From NCBI GenBank assembly GCA_001662655.1, contig KV460234.1: DNA of 64,000 nucleotides; one strand, 5' to 3'. How positions within the stretch are numbered: position 1 is the stretch's first letter; the number at the start of each line of letters is the position of its first letter. A program made the translations under genes and the position numbers. The notes under the pieces were generated by a model. It ran no database searches, was not told the DNA's origin, and saw nothing but the letters and a program-made list of their open reading frames with translations. This DNA comes from Pseudogymnoascus verrucosus (lineage: Eukaryota). This document shows positions 23,521 to 36,354 of this stretch, piece by piece.

Positions 23521-24549
23521 ATGGCCACCACAGGCCCATCCAAACCCGACAATGACGTTGTGAAAATCAACCCCAACCCCCCTCCCCCCGCCAAAAAGCT
23601 CCCCAAAGACCTCCAGCGCCTCGTCGACCGCGCCGACAGAGACGAGACCATCTACGACGAAGTCCGGAGCGGAACGTGAGCTCTCCCCCATCTCCCCTTC
23701 CCTCTGCCCTCTCCTCCCCCTCCCCGCCTCTATTATCTCTCCCTTCCACCAAGCCCGAACCGCAGAACCCCCCAACTGGAGACAAACCTATCCTAACACC
23801 CCCCCAGCGCCCCCGAATCAACCGAATCCTCCATCCGCTACGCCGCCTACGCAACCCGCATCCGCACCGCCCTCCTCTCCGCCCAACGCTACGTAGCCTA
23901 CACCTCGGACGTCGGTGAATCCTTCCGCCCCGTCGCGCACCCCAACCTCGTGCGCGCCGCCTACGGCATCTCATGGGCCTATCTAGCGGGAGACGTCGCG
24001 CACGAGGGGTATAAAGCTTATTGTGCTAATCAGCGCACTTTGCATCCTGAGGGCGTGCTGTTGGGGGGGGGTGTGAGGGCGGATTCCGGGGAGGGGTTGG
24101 GGGTTGCTGCTGCTGCGGCGGAGGGGGGGAAAGAGGGGGTGAAGACGGGGGGGGGATTGGTGACGCGGGGTGTGGTGACGCCGTTAGAGGATTACCGCAC
24201 CGTCATCGTGCAACGCGCTCTCTTCCAAGGGATAGCATCCATGGGTCTCCCGATGCTAACAATCCACTCCATCGTGCGCTACGCCGGACGCGCGATGAAA
24301 GACGTCAAGAACCCGCGCCTGCGCATGTGGGGACCCGTCGGGCTGGGGTTGAGCGTCGTGCCGGTGTTGCCGTATTTGTTTGATAAGCCTGTGGAGGGGG
24401 CGGTGGAGTTTTTGTTTCATGAGGGGTTTAAGGCGATTGGAGGGCAGGAGGCGGTGGGAGATGCGCCGGTGGTGGGGAGGGAGAAGAGGTTGGAGGAGGC
24501 GGGGGGGAGGGGGAGGGGGAAGGGGGGGAAGGGGGATAAGGAGTTGTAG
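23521..24549 (+). CDS. Mitochondrial fission process protein 1 (MTP18/MTFP1 family)
   Basis: Intron 23676-23807; RYAAYATRIRT..RYVAYTSDVGESFRPVAHP..RAAYGISWAYL and FQGIASMGLP..TIH. Confidence 0.88.
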
Positions 24550-25024
24550 AGGGGGGAGAAGGGGGGGGGGGGTGGAGAGTTGTTGGGGAGGGGGGTGTTG
24601 TGTATAGAATGAGGGCTGTGTGTATACTGTATATCTAAATCTCTAAATCTCGACCTCAATATAGACGTCTCAACTTCTACTTCCATGGTATTGGTGGCAT
24701 GAGGAAGTAACAACGTGATGGAAGGTATAAAACCAAAGAAAAGGAGGTCGCAGCGCCAAGACAGGAAACAGCACAGGGTATGAAAAAGCATATCTAATCT
24801 TTCTATAACCTCACAAACAGCACTAGCACCAGCAGTAAGCACGCATGCAATGCACCTCCAAGCACCAGAGCATGTTGAAAACATCTTTTTGATCTCCCCA
24901 TTCCCCACCAGTCGCCTTCTCTTCAAGCCAAACCCCCCCTTCCATCATCTACGAACTCCAAGTGTGTTTCAGCGTCCTAGCAATTCCATCTTCTTCATAG
25001 CATCTTAGATATCATCCTCCTCCT

Positions 25025-25047
25025 NNNNNNNNNNNNNNNNNNNNNNN
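25025..25047. other. Assembly gap (23 N)
   Basis: Run of n. Confidence 1.
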
Positions 25048-25268
25048 CCGGGAAACGCCCCCTCCGTCTCCTATCCCCTATCCCCGTAACCCTAGCCGCG
25101 TCCCCAGTAGAAGAAGTAAAATAGCCCCGAGTATATATCCCCGCAATATGCCACAGAAAAAAATGGGATATATCGTCGAGAAGACGCAATACATCGCGCC
25201 CCACACACGGGGGTAGATTTTTGTTGTCTGCGCTCCCGTTTCGCCGTCGGTGGGTATCGAGGGAGTAT

Positions 25269-25358
25269 NNNNNNNNNNNNNNNNNNNNNNNNNNNNNNNN
25301 NNNNNNNNNNNNNNNNNNNNNNNNNNNNNNNNNNNNNNNNNNNNNNNNNNNNNNNNNN
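25269..25358. other. Assembly gap (90 N) covering the BEM1 stop codon
   Basis: Run of n. Confidence 1.
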
Positions 25359-27385
25359 AACCACCAGCTTCCCCCCACCCCTCGCCAACGCCTCCCCAAG
25401 ATCCGCCTCACTCTCCAGCGCCGCCCTCCCCCCACCTTCCTGCCACATCATCGCGATCTCCTCTCCGCCCGGAATCTTCAAGCGTTCCCTAATCTTCTCA
25501 TGCAGCGCCACATAGCTAATCGCGGCTGGAACTCTGATCGCAAACAGATCATCCCCAAAATAGATCTTCACCTTCATCGCTCCCCCACCCGCTGCTTGCA
25601 GCGAGGCTTGAGATTGCTGCTGTCCCACCTCTCGCCCACCCCCCTGTGCCGGGAACCCCCCAGGAGGCCCCTGTTGACGCGGCGGCGCGGCCGTAAGACC
25701 ACCATACCCGGAGCCATTGAGATCAGCTTTACTCCCACCCCTATCATCCGCTGGCGTACCCGTCGAACTCTGTTGACTCCCCGCCGAATCCCTGTACCCA
25801 TCCGGTGCCTCGGGATCGATTTCGAAATCCCCCTCCCTCGGCGCGAAGAACTGCTTCACCAACGTGCAGCGGCTGATATAAGGCGGTTGTGTGAGGAGGT
25901 TCTTCACATACGCGTCGAGATTGTGGCGGCGCCCATCGGTAATCTGGTCCGTGACGTAATTTACGGGTCCGGGCATGTAAGGGAGTGATCGCTTCTGGGT
26001 TCCCGTGTTGCCGGCCTCGGCGGGGAATTCGGTCAGGAGGGCGATCTGGAAGTCGTAGAAGTCCTCGTAGTAGCGCTGGAGCTCCCAGTGGCGGCCATCC
26101 TCGAGGGCGGCTTCGATCACGAACCAGTACTTGTCTTCGCTGAACCAGTAGCGGGGGATGTGCGCGGAGACGGGGGAGAAGAGTTGGGAGGTTGCGGCGG
26201 CTTGTTGTTGTTGTTGCTGGGCGGCGTATTGCTGGTTTTGTTGTTGTTGCGATTTGGCTTGTTGAGATTGGCGGAGTTGTTGTTGCTAGGAGGTGTTAGC
26301 CACATACATCTGTCATACGTCTATACCCAGCTCTGGATAAACTCACATATTGGCCATTCCCCGCCTGCTGGCTCTGCCGCTGCTGCGCCTGCTGCAAGCT
26401 CATCCGTCCCATATCCTGCTCCATGCCCTGCTGCTGCTGCTGCTGATTCGCGGCCTCAAACTTGCCGAGCGTAATACTACTATTCTTATAATCCGCCGCC
26501 ATCTTCTTCCACTCTTCCACCTTTGGCACCCCCGCCCTCTGCACCGCCTCCTGCGAATCCGGCACCGCCTGTCCCGTCGTCATATCCCTTATCTCAATAA
26601 AGCTGACAGGAATCAACCCCGGGCCTCCTAGCCGCCCAATCGGCTTCGCAACAAACCACTCCGGGTTGCTCTGCGCAATCACAATAATTGCCTCCCCCGC
26701 CTTCGCCTCGAGCTCATCCGGTCGCTCGGCCGCAAAATCGTACATGACGATTCCATACACCATCGCTCCGCTCCCCTTCCCCAGCTTCGACAAGCGCTGC
26801 GGATTCGGCCCCGGCGCCGGCCCTGTATTGGTGTCCGAGTACCCCGAGTCGTGATCCGGAGCCTTCGCGCTCCCCGCCGACCCCGTGCTCTGCCCGCTGT
26901 CGCGCTCCGTCTTTCCGAGCGCCTGGAAGAAGTTCACGGGTACGAGGCCGCGCGCGTCCGGCACGGCGGGGTTGCACGCCTCGTACCAGTCGGTGTCGTT
27001 CTCGCGCGCGATGACGTGGAAGAAGTCGCCTTTCTGGAAGCTGAGCTCTTGCGCGTTCTGCGCTTCGTAGTCGTATAGTGCGCGAATTACCTGGAGGTGG
27101 CGCGAGGCACATGATCAGTCTTCTGTGTGGGATGGGGGATTGGAGTGGCTCGTGAAAGAGGGGGAGGGGATGGAGACGTACCTTTTTCGGAGGGACGATG
27201 GCGACGGCGGACTTGGGAGTCACAGAGATGTGTTGCAGTTTTGAGTCATTCTTGTCGCCTTTGATAGAGCGGCGAAGGGCCTGTGTGTGGTGGTGTCAGT
27301 TTTCCTTTGTCCTCGACATTCTCCCCCTCACTCATCGCATAGTGAGAGAGGAGTGTATGACGCGCAGCAATTGACGGACCTTCAT
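25359..27385 (-). CDS. BEM1: Polarity scaffold Bem1/Scd2 (SH3-SH3-PX-PB1); 3' end lost in the gap
   Basis: Exon 1 ATGAAG (27385-27380), exon 2 ALRRSIKGDK..PPKK, exon 3 (two SH3: VIRALYDYEA, MYDFAAERPDEL), intron 26346-26286, exon 4 PX (RYYEDFYDFQIALL) and PB1 (MKVKIYFGDDLFAIRVP). Confidence 0.95.
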
Positions 27386-27886
27386 CGTGACCTAAGTTTC
27401 CTTTCCTTTCCTTTCCAGAGACGCGCAAATGTGACAAGAAGTTTCGCGAGTTGATGCTTTCACAGCAGGTTGTATGGTATCGTAGAGTTGGGAATGCGGG
27501 CGCTACTGTAGGATGTAGGAGTTGTATCTCTCTCTCGGTGACGTTTTTTCTCAACGGGTCTCGGCGGGCGTGCAGCGTGCGTCTGCGCGTTTATAGACTG
27601 GCGTCCCCTGGGAGTCTGGCGGCAGCTGTTGTCATGAACCTAGAAGTCGCAGAAACTGTACATACAGTATCGCGATAGCGGGCGCGGGAAGTCGGAGGGG
27701 AGAGAGAGAGAGGGGGGGTCGTTTGGAACGGGGCCGTGTCTTAGATGCGGGGTGGGATGGGATAGGAAGAGGTCGAGATTGTGGGATTTGGTGTATATAT
27801 ATATGTATGAGAGAGAGAGCGTGTGTATATATATTTATTAGGAGGGGATTTTGGGGTGGAAGAGATAAAATGCCAGGATATTTGAG

Positions 27887-27914
27887 GGTAGGTAGGTAGG
27901 TAGGTAGGTAGGTA
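27887..27914 (+). repeat. (GGTA)n microsatellite
   Basis: ggtaggtaggtaggtaggtaggtaggta, about 7 units. Confidence 0.9.
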
Positions 27915-28279
27915 TAGAAGGGTTTAGTCAGATAGAGAGAGTTATAGTGTGTGCAGTGAGTAGTGTGTAGTGTGCAGTAGAGTGGAAGTGGGATTGGAAG
28001 TAGAAGTAAGTACTGTTGTGGGTGTACTTTGGTGAAGAAGGGACTTTCCGGAGATTTGTGTGGGAAGGGATGGGAATAGGGAGGGAGAATTGACAAGGAG
28101 GGGAGGAGAGGGAGTGGAGGGGGAGGGGAGGGGAGAGAGAAGGGGCTGTGGGTTGTTGTGGTATGTAGATGGTAAGGAAGGTGGTGGTGTAGGTGGGTTG
28201 TGGGAAGGCTGGGAAGGCTGTAAATGTGGGTTTTTGTATGTTATGGGTGTGTCAATGGGGGGTGTCTTATGGGTGATTT

Positions 28280-28680
28280 GTGGTGACTGTGGGTGATGTA
28301 TCTGAGTGACTGTGGTGTCTGTGGTGTCTGTGGTGTCTATGATCTATGGCTGTCTGTATCTCTGGACTGTCTATGGATGCATCTCTATTGTCTATAGTTA
28401 TGGCTGTATCTCTGGTGTCTATGGATGCCTGTGGGTGTATGTATGCATGAGTGTGTCTTTGGGTTGTCTATGGTGACTGTGACTGTGTGTATCTTGGGTG
28501 TGACTGTGACTGTGGGTGAATCTGTGGATGTCTGTGGGTGTATCTCTGTGGGTGTTTCTCTGTGTCCATGGTGTCTGTGGGTTGTATTTACTATGGATAG
28601 TGTCAATGGGTGTATCTACTATGGCTGGTGTCTATGGGCTGGGCTGTATCTCTTGTCTATGGCTATAGCTGCCCATGTGG
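28280..28680 (+). repeat. Degenerate 6-9-bp low-complexity array (GTGTCT/GTGACT/CTATGG units)
   Basis: Recurring gtgtctgtg, gtgtctatg, gtgactgtg and ctgtatctc over about 400 bp. Confidence 0.75.
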
Positions 28681-30839
28681 GTGATGATAATACTCCCTCT
28701 CCCCTTGGGCTCAAAGTACCCTCCCATACAATCTTATATGTAACAATACATCACATCACATCAAATCAGGTTGGGCGTTGGTGGATGTCTGCTAGTGCCG
28801 TGCGTTCTACAAAGGGGGGGGCCTACAGTAAGTACGGAGTAGGTCAAGGCCGTGTCAATTTGCTTGCTTTGCCTCTAACGTACGCTTCTGTGGCTTATTA
28901 TGCTCTTATTCTGGTCTAACTGTGGTCTAGCTGTGCTCTACTGGTGCTCTCCTCGAGCCTACTACTCCCAATCCCGCTGCTCTACTGTACGCTTCAGCAC
29001 ACCCAGTGCGCGTACTCCCCTCATCGCATAGGGTGGATGGACCCTGTGACGGACGGACGACGGGGGGCTGGGACCGCCGTTGGGATAATGTGGGCACAAT
29101 GCGGTCCTGGCAGTACCATTGCGGGATTAGAGGTCCAATCCAACTTGCCCATCCCAATATCCCCCCCAAGAGGTTTTCCCACTGGACCAGCTCTAGAGCA
29201 CAAGTGATCGGCGGGAGTGATTTACCGACGGACTGGCAGGATGAGCTGGATGGGACGGAGGAGCTGGTGTGATCCTACGAACCGCTGGACGGCTGGAGGA
29301 GCTGTGATGTCCTGCGAACTACTCTGCAGGATAGGTACAGTGCAGATAGGACCTGTATGGCCGGCGGAGGGAGATAGCATTCTCCATCCAGCCCTACACC
29401 ACCACCATAATCAGCCACCCACCCATCAGCCGCGTCAAAGCGACCTCCTTTGCACATGCATGTTCGTCCATATATCACTCACTCAGCCATCCTCTGCCGC
29501 GCGCCCGCCCATCGTCAACCTCACCACCACCACCACCACCACCTCTATCTCCTCGGCATATCTCCCCCCCTCCCCAGCCCCGCGTCCCATAATGCGGATC
29601 CCCCTCCTCCCGTCTTGGAGGGAAGTAAAAAAAAAGCCACGCCATGCGATGCGATGCGATACCATGCCACATAGCCATGCCATCCACATGGCACCCATAC
29701 CCCCACCCTACCCCCCTAGTAACCCCGAAGATATGAAACGTCCATCGCCACTACAACCATGCCTTCTGGGCGTCGCTTCCCCAGTAGACCAGCAGAGCAG
29801 GGGCCCCCAGGGACAAGAAAAATAGAAGAATCTCGAACACTGTGGGACTAGGACCTGGGACGGCCGGGACGGACGGACGGGGGATATGGGCACATGGGCA
29901 ACATGGAACATGGGTTCATCACATCTACGGCATTTCATGGGAATTAGGGATTGATAAAAATTCGACTTTTTCTATTACTTGCGCTTCTTTTCTAGAGTAA
30001 AAACTCCTTTCTCTATCCCAATTGCGCCAGATCATAAAAAAATGAAGCAAAAACGCCACTGTCTGCCACCGCCGCCGCTGACGACGGACGACGACGACTT
30101 GGATGCCTGCCTGGTATATAGCTCAACCCCCACAAAATAAACTCCTACTGCGCCGAGTGCGTGGGTGATGGTCGATGGTCGGTCGGGGAATCGAAAATCC
30201 TCAAAAAGTGAACCACATGCTAACCCCCCTGATCCCCTCTGACCATGCATGCATGCTGCCGCTACCCCGCGTCGCGTCGTAAGAGATGCTCATGCGAATC
30301 CCCATCCGATTATGCACAGAAAGTCTCCCCAACATCCCACGATCAATCTGTCCGAACTATGGTATTTATATCTCTTTTGCTGCCCCCTGCAACCCCCAAA
30401 CGGCGGAACGGCGAAAATAACATACCCCTCATTTTGCTGTTAGAGTATACATCTAAGCTAGGCGAAACGACGGATAGGAAATGTAGAGAGGGAGAAGTAG
30501 TAGGATCCAGGGTTCGTCCTGGAAGCTTGTGACTTTGTGACAGAAATAGGTTAGGTGAATTGAGGTATGCCGACGAGGTGCTTGCAAATAAATTAAAAAA
30601 AGGCTGGAGTGCTGGACAAATGACGCTGACGTGGACTTGTGATGCGGACTGACGGACGAGGACGAATGTGAAGACACTTGTGGTCGCTATTCACCTTTCT
30701 AGGAAGGTCCAAGGAATGGCCACATATTCGAGCCAGAGTCGGCAGCATAGCAATGATTGCCTGGGTATATGCCACCGGTTCATATCGTACTCTCGGAAGG
30801 GTCCTGTGGGACAATAAAACAGAAATCGAACACCGGGGT

Positions 30840-32510
30840 TTAGATCTGGCCCTTGATGTCAATCTTTTTGAACGCCGCATTCTTGGCCACGTCGAACATG
30901 CCGCCGGTCTTGCCGGTAAGTAGTAGGATGCCATCTTCTCGCTCTTCAAGTAACGCTCGGCCGCCTTCGTAAGTACAGATAAACTGTGCCGCCTCGGCGT
31001 CCGATTCAAAGCCAAGCTCTTCAGTAATAAAACGCAGTTTCACATGTGGTTTGTATCTATCAAGATGTTAGCCATGAACATATCCATACCACAGGGTGGG
31101 GGTGACTTACGCTCTGCAAATGTTAGACAGCGCAGCCAGACGCTCTCTTTCGACAAACATATCCATGAGATATGCGCCCATGTTCGGGGTGTCGAGGTAT
31201 AATCTGAAAAATCTGTGGTAGTTTCCTAAAGCGAGCGCCGAACGGACGCCGAGCGCATGCTTGATCGCCAACTCGTCCTTTTCTGCTATGGTTAGATCCG
31301 CCAACACGTCGTTCAGGGCCGTCCGGTTGCATGTGTGAATAAAATAAAGTATACGGTACGCCTTGAATTCGATCGGGTTTCCGCCGAGCTTCTGCGCGTA
31401 CAGAGCGCGCAACTGTGTTTGGCACTGGTTATACTCACCGAGGTCCCCCTTCTCCAGAGCAATCCGGGCATGAATCTCGTAGACTTCTACGGTAAACTTG
31501 TTCCGGATGTGCTGCACGGTAAGATCTTGACGGAGAGATTTGAACTGGTCGCAGATGTATGAATAATTGCTCTCCTTCCTCCACTTCTTCTTCAGGAAAT
31601 CCAGTGTTTGTTTCAAGATAGGCTCTGGGCGGACATGATCGGGGTTTGGAGCAGATGTAAGACGGAAGTATCTCTTTTCGAGAGTCTGGCAACGGCCAAC
31701 AACAGGTCCGGAACTGGCGTCCAGAACGGGCGACTCCTTGTAGGTAGATTTATAGCCGCCATCAAATCGTCGTTGTCGCTTCTCAAGGTTCTTCTGGGAC
31801 TTACTTGCCTTGGTCGATAGGCCATCCGGGAGAGGCTTGGTCGCTACATTGAGAGGGCCACCATTCGGTGCAAATGTTATTCGGTCTTCAAAACCGGTGT
31901 GTGTGTTAGTTGTACGCCATGGAGGATTTGAAGACACATCTTGCTCGTCTTTTCCATCCAATACCTGCGATTTCCGCTTTTTCGACTCGGGGCTCGAGAT
32001 GAAACGCCCATTAACCCAACGGGGAGATGGTTCTGCTAGAGCAGCTCGTTCAGTTCGCACCATATCCTGAGGCAAAGGTAGGTTATCCCAGTCTACACTC
32101 GTAAGGGTATCCGTTTCAGTGGCGGACGAGATGGTCGCCTTGAGTTTCGCCTCCATATCCGCTCTCGGGACATCGGGATACAGGTTACTCGGATCGAACG
32201 CCCTCTGTACATAGCTGCGCACTGATGTTGGCCATTCGATTCTCTTTTTTGTCGGCGGCTTCGCGGGGGCGGCCACGGGAGGAAGTTGGGGGTATTGGGC
32301 TACATGTACGAATTGTGGAGCTTGGGTTGGAGGATAGTTGAATGACTGTCGAACTTGCACTGGTGTATATGCTGTAGTGCCTTGAATGATGTTAGGTCTT
32401 TCCTCGAGTGATGCCTTTCGGATGGACTCACTTGCGGCCATGGCTGCGTATGATGGCTGGGTGCCAGGCGGCGGCGGTAAGGGCGCCCACGAGTTGTGCG
32501 ACATCGACAT
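30840..32510 (-). CDS. THP3: SAC3/GANP-family protein, Thp3/LENG8-like
   Basis: Introns 32431-32381 (probable, in frame) and 31110-31057. LEKRYFRLTSAP, YICDQFKSLRQDLTVQH, YEIHARIALEKGDLGEYNQCQ, C-terminal IDIKGQI. Confidence 0.9.
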
Positions 32511-32754
32511 CTGGCGCGGTGTCGCGATGGCGACTTTTCCGAAAGTGCTTTATATGTTAGTAGAAGTGTGAGCGGATCAAGTAGAGCTCAGAGTTGATAA
32601 TGTCATGGGAGAGTAGACAAGTGAAAGAGTTGAAGTCTGGATGAGTGAAGGACGGTGAAGTAGGCTGAGGATAAAGTTGCTGGAGGAAGGCGCTGTCCAT
32701 GCCCAAACCCTCGCCTAAAAGTATAAGGTCACGTGGATTGACCTTGGGGTTTCT

Positions 32755-32802
32755 CATCCTTATCGGCCATCTTGTGTGTTGACGAGATGGCCGATAAGGA
32801 TG
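32755..32802. promoter_or_regulatory. 18-bp perfect inverted repeat containing CCGATAAG in the THP3/VPS36 divergent promoter
   Basis: CATCCTTATCGGCCATCT-N12-AGATGGCCGATAAGGATG; GTCACGTG lies just before it at 32728-32735. Confidence 0.7.
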
Positions 32803-32896
32803 CCATCATCGGCGTCTTCACCCAGTTGCCTTTTCTTACACCTTCCACGCTTCCACACACAACTCCACTAGCGCATGGATATCCTGGATATCCCGA

Positions 32897-34887
32897 ATGT
32901 CCCTCAAGCAGATTGACCTCACTACTGCGCTGAGGCCATCTCTACTTCCAGACGAAGTCCTCCTATTTGTCCAGGACAGTGTTGGGCTCTATGAGGGGTA
33001 ATTAAGAACCACATGCGACCCCAAACTTTTTGAACCATGGACACTTATTCTCTGTTCCAGGAAGTATAAAATACCAAACCACCAGGATGGGCATGTCTAC
33101 TTGACGTCCCATCGGATCTACTATGTGGACAATGAAGAACCGCGAAAGAACTCCGTAGGAATCGACTTGAAGGAGGTTGAGCGATTTGAATTCTATGTAG
33201 GCCGCGCAAGTCACTGTAGAAGACCCCAAGCAGCGGCTGACTTCCTGAATAGGCAGGCTTTCTAAAATCTTCGCCGAAGATTACCCTCGTTCCTAAACCT
33301 TCCAAGAGATTATCCACCCAGAACAGGGTCACCGCGCTGAACTCGCCCTCTCGAAGCGCTACATCCTCACCAACAACCCGTACAGACAGCCCCTTTCACC
33401 TACCACCTGCTGAGCCAACTGCAGCAAGCAATGCCACTTGGATTTGCCCTATATGCACATTTTCGAACCCTGTACCGTCAAACTTCGATCCTTCTACGGC
33501 CACAATACACACACCGCTGCCGCCATGCTTAGCCTGTGGCATAAAGCCACCTTTGGCTCATGTGCTCAAAGCCGCCATAGTCAGTGCAGCGAATCGCCCA
33601 GCGGCTCCTACGAATATTTTGCGTACTCCAGTACCAATACGAAGTCGAGATGAGGGTGCACGACCACTTTCAGAGGCACGTCTCCCAGAACAGGGGCGTC
33701 TCCCCCAGGGATCGGTTGAAAGTAGCAGTGACGCGGCTTCATTTCAGTGTCCCAGGTGTACATTCCTCAATCACCCGTCATTGCTCTCCTGTGAACTCTG
33801 TGGTGCTCCTCTGATATCTAACGAAGCCCCAAAAGGCTTCAAGCAGCCGCAGGAGTTCCGACCCGAATCACCAGGCCCGACCCTTCAAGGCTTTAGTGCG
33901 TCCGCGGTCAGGACACCAGAAAATCTTAAAATCTCTTTCCGAGCTGGAGGAGAGAAGATATTCCACGAGCGTCTAAAAGGGGCAATGATTCAACGGAAGT
34001 GGCTTCTACATGGTGCACCGCCAGTGCCAAAGCCGAGCCCGTCGGGGGAACCCTTACCAACTGATAGAATAAAAACTGTCGGCATTGCTGGGCTCGAACA
34101 GCGGCGTTTAGATATGCGCAGAAACAACGAAGTGGTTATCGGCAACGCTTTTGAGGACCTCGAAGCCCTTATGGCGTCGGCAAAGGAGATAGTCGCCCTC
34201 GCCGAAACGTTCGCCCGTCAGACCAACAGCGGCAGCGAAACCGGCTCTGAGGAGAGCACACTTCTCGCCCAGTCCGCCACCGCTCTCGGCCTTGTGACTA
34301 CAAAAGACATGCTCGGCGGCGGCAGCAGCTCTGAGACTCTCTATCTAAGCGAGCTGTCGCGCAACCTTGCAGAGTTCCTCACTGACGACGCCACTGGCGT
34401 TCTCCGCAAAACAGGCGGTATCATCAGCCTCGTCGATCTGTGGGCGCTGTTCAACCGCGCACGAAATGGCATCGAGCTAGTCTCACCCCGTGACCTTGAG
34501 CGGGCTGCTCGACTCTGGGAGTCGCTGAAGCTGCCTGTGCGACTTCGCGAGTTCAAGAGCGGGGTGCTTGTCGTACAAGGCACGGATAGGACAGATGAGA
34601 AGACTGTAAGGGCGATTCTTGCCTGGATGCTTGAACAGCACACTGTGCCACCCGAGAAGGATGTTGCATGGGACTGGCGCACGTTTGGAGTCGGTATCTC
34701 GGCACGGGACGTCGCAGCACAGTTTGGGTGGAGCATTGGCGTGGCGGTGGAAGAGCTAGAGATGGCGGAGGAGAGAGGAGCGCTATGCAGGGCTGAGAGC
34801 ATAGAGGGAGTCACGTTCTGGGAAAATAAGCTTGTAGATGATGATATTCCTGATGGACTGGCACGGAGCAGCGGGGTCGCCGTGTGA
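32897..34887 (+). CDS. VPS36: ESCRT-II subunit Vps36
   Basis: ATG 32897 (MSLKQIDLTTALRPSLLPDEVLLFVQDSVGLYEG); introns 32998-33060 and 33197-33252. Split GLUE with two NZF fingers (WICPIC; CPRCTFLNHP..CELC); AFEDLEALMASAKE; winged-helix C-terminus. Confidence 0.95.
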
Positions 34888-35625
34888 GACCATGAGGGAT
34901 ATTCGCATTGGGTGGTATGAATATTCACTCAGGAATGGATCTCCATATAACTCATGTTTCGCGGTCCTTACATAAATATTGCAAAATGTAATCGAGGTTC
35001 ACCGCACCTTGGCTATCAAACAGACCGAATCCAGCCCCTTGCTTCGTTCCTGCCCGAGTTGTCATCACAATGTTTCCTCCCAATCACAAAAGGCATGTTA
35101 TCACATATGACATATCATTCGTTCCACCCGGTCCGAAACCATAATCTCACAGGAAACAAATAGCCTACGCGTATATAGTGGGGTAGCTTCCCGATCAACA
35201 TATCAGTTGTCACAATGGGTAGTACATGTATCACAATGGCTTAGTTCGGTGTGCCAAAATGATGTGTCGGCGTATATGGGGGCCGAAACATCTACATATC
35301 CTCACCTACCACTGGTCCAACCAGCACAAGTGAATCTATAGCCCCTTGCATCTGAGGTGCAGCTACATCAACCAGCACCGATATGCATACACAAAGTCAG
35401 GTTCGAATGCTGATAAAGTCTCGAAGGTAATTAGGCAGTAAAAATACATTTTCTTATATAGTCTCATGCCTCCCGGCTGTTACCAATGTAATCTATATGC
35501 ACATCCCAGATCCTTCCAACGGGGTGACAAGAACGTCGTTTAACTCAACCCATTGAAGCTCACGTTCTATACCGTATAACGCACTCATCTCACGTTATAT
35601 ATAAACTGTACAACACCCCACCTCA

Positions 35626-36354
35626 ATGTCCCGTCCCATCCCTCCTTACCTCTTCTCCCGCATCGCCACGCTCAACATGGCGGCCCCCAGCAGCGCCAAG
35701 CACATCTCACCAACGCTCTACGCGCGCCTTGCGTCGTTTCAACTCATCCGGAAAGCTCTGGTCCTCGCGCCGCCGCTGCTTGTGTTTCTCCTCTCGCTCT
35801 ATTTCAGAAGGCAATTCCAGTTGTGGCGCGGGAAGATCGGTCTCGAGATCGGGGTGTGGGGGTGATGTGATGCGTCTTTGAGTGTCCTTGCGTCGAGCGG
35901 ATACACGTGGATGGAGTTAACGGCGGCCTGCCTACTGTTTCAAAACGTGCTGTTGGGATTCGTGTTTATGGGAATTGTTCTTGGCCTGGCGTTCTGGACT
36001 GATCGATTGGGAACGAGAAGTTGCTCAGATGCTACGGATGCTCTATAGAAAAAAGACAGGCTGTGACAACGGGAGTAGGCTATTCTCCTGGTACAGGCAA
36101 GACTATTTTGGGGATGTAGTACCGGAGGGGGCCATGATGGCGCCAAGATAATGAAGTTCAGAGAGGGAAGGGGGTATTGGCGGTGATGGAATGGCTACAG
36201 GAGGCGTTTACAGGAGGGCAACTTTGTTGCTGGAATGATCATCACATCGAAAGCTAGCATCTATCTGGAGGAGATCGGACTGTTGATGACTGGATGCACA
36301 GGAGGGCCCGAGGTTTTGGGAAGGGGTACAGTTGACGAGAAGTGGCGCCGATGA
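35626..36354 (+). pseudogene. Probably disrupted membrane-protein gene
   Basis: TATA-like element near 35596, then a 79-aa ORF with a hydrophobic helix. After TGA (35863) the same frame stays open for 60 more codons including a second hydrophobic segment (LLFQNVLLGFVFMGIVLGLAFW). Further coding-like fragments follow in shifted frames. Confidence 0.45.

Noticed and set aside
24995..25988. ORFs spanning the N-runs (24995-25435, 25221-25988, 25250-25492) and the BEM1 tail beyond the gap
   Set aside because: Artefacts of translating through assembly gaps.
28280..28680. Repeat array considered as CRISPR-like or telomeric
   Set aside because: No constant repeat with unique spacers, no TTAGGG tract, and the context is eukaryotic.
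28385..28919. Val/Cys-rich and Thr/His-rich ORFs
   Set aside because: By-products of the low-complexity GTGTCT array.
29217..29825. 202-aa ORF in the BEM1 upstream region
   Set aside because: Non-ATG start, simple-repeat content, no recognisable domain or splice support.
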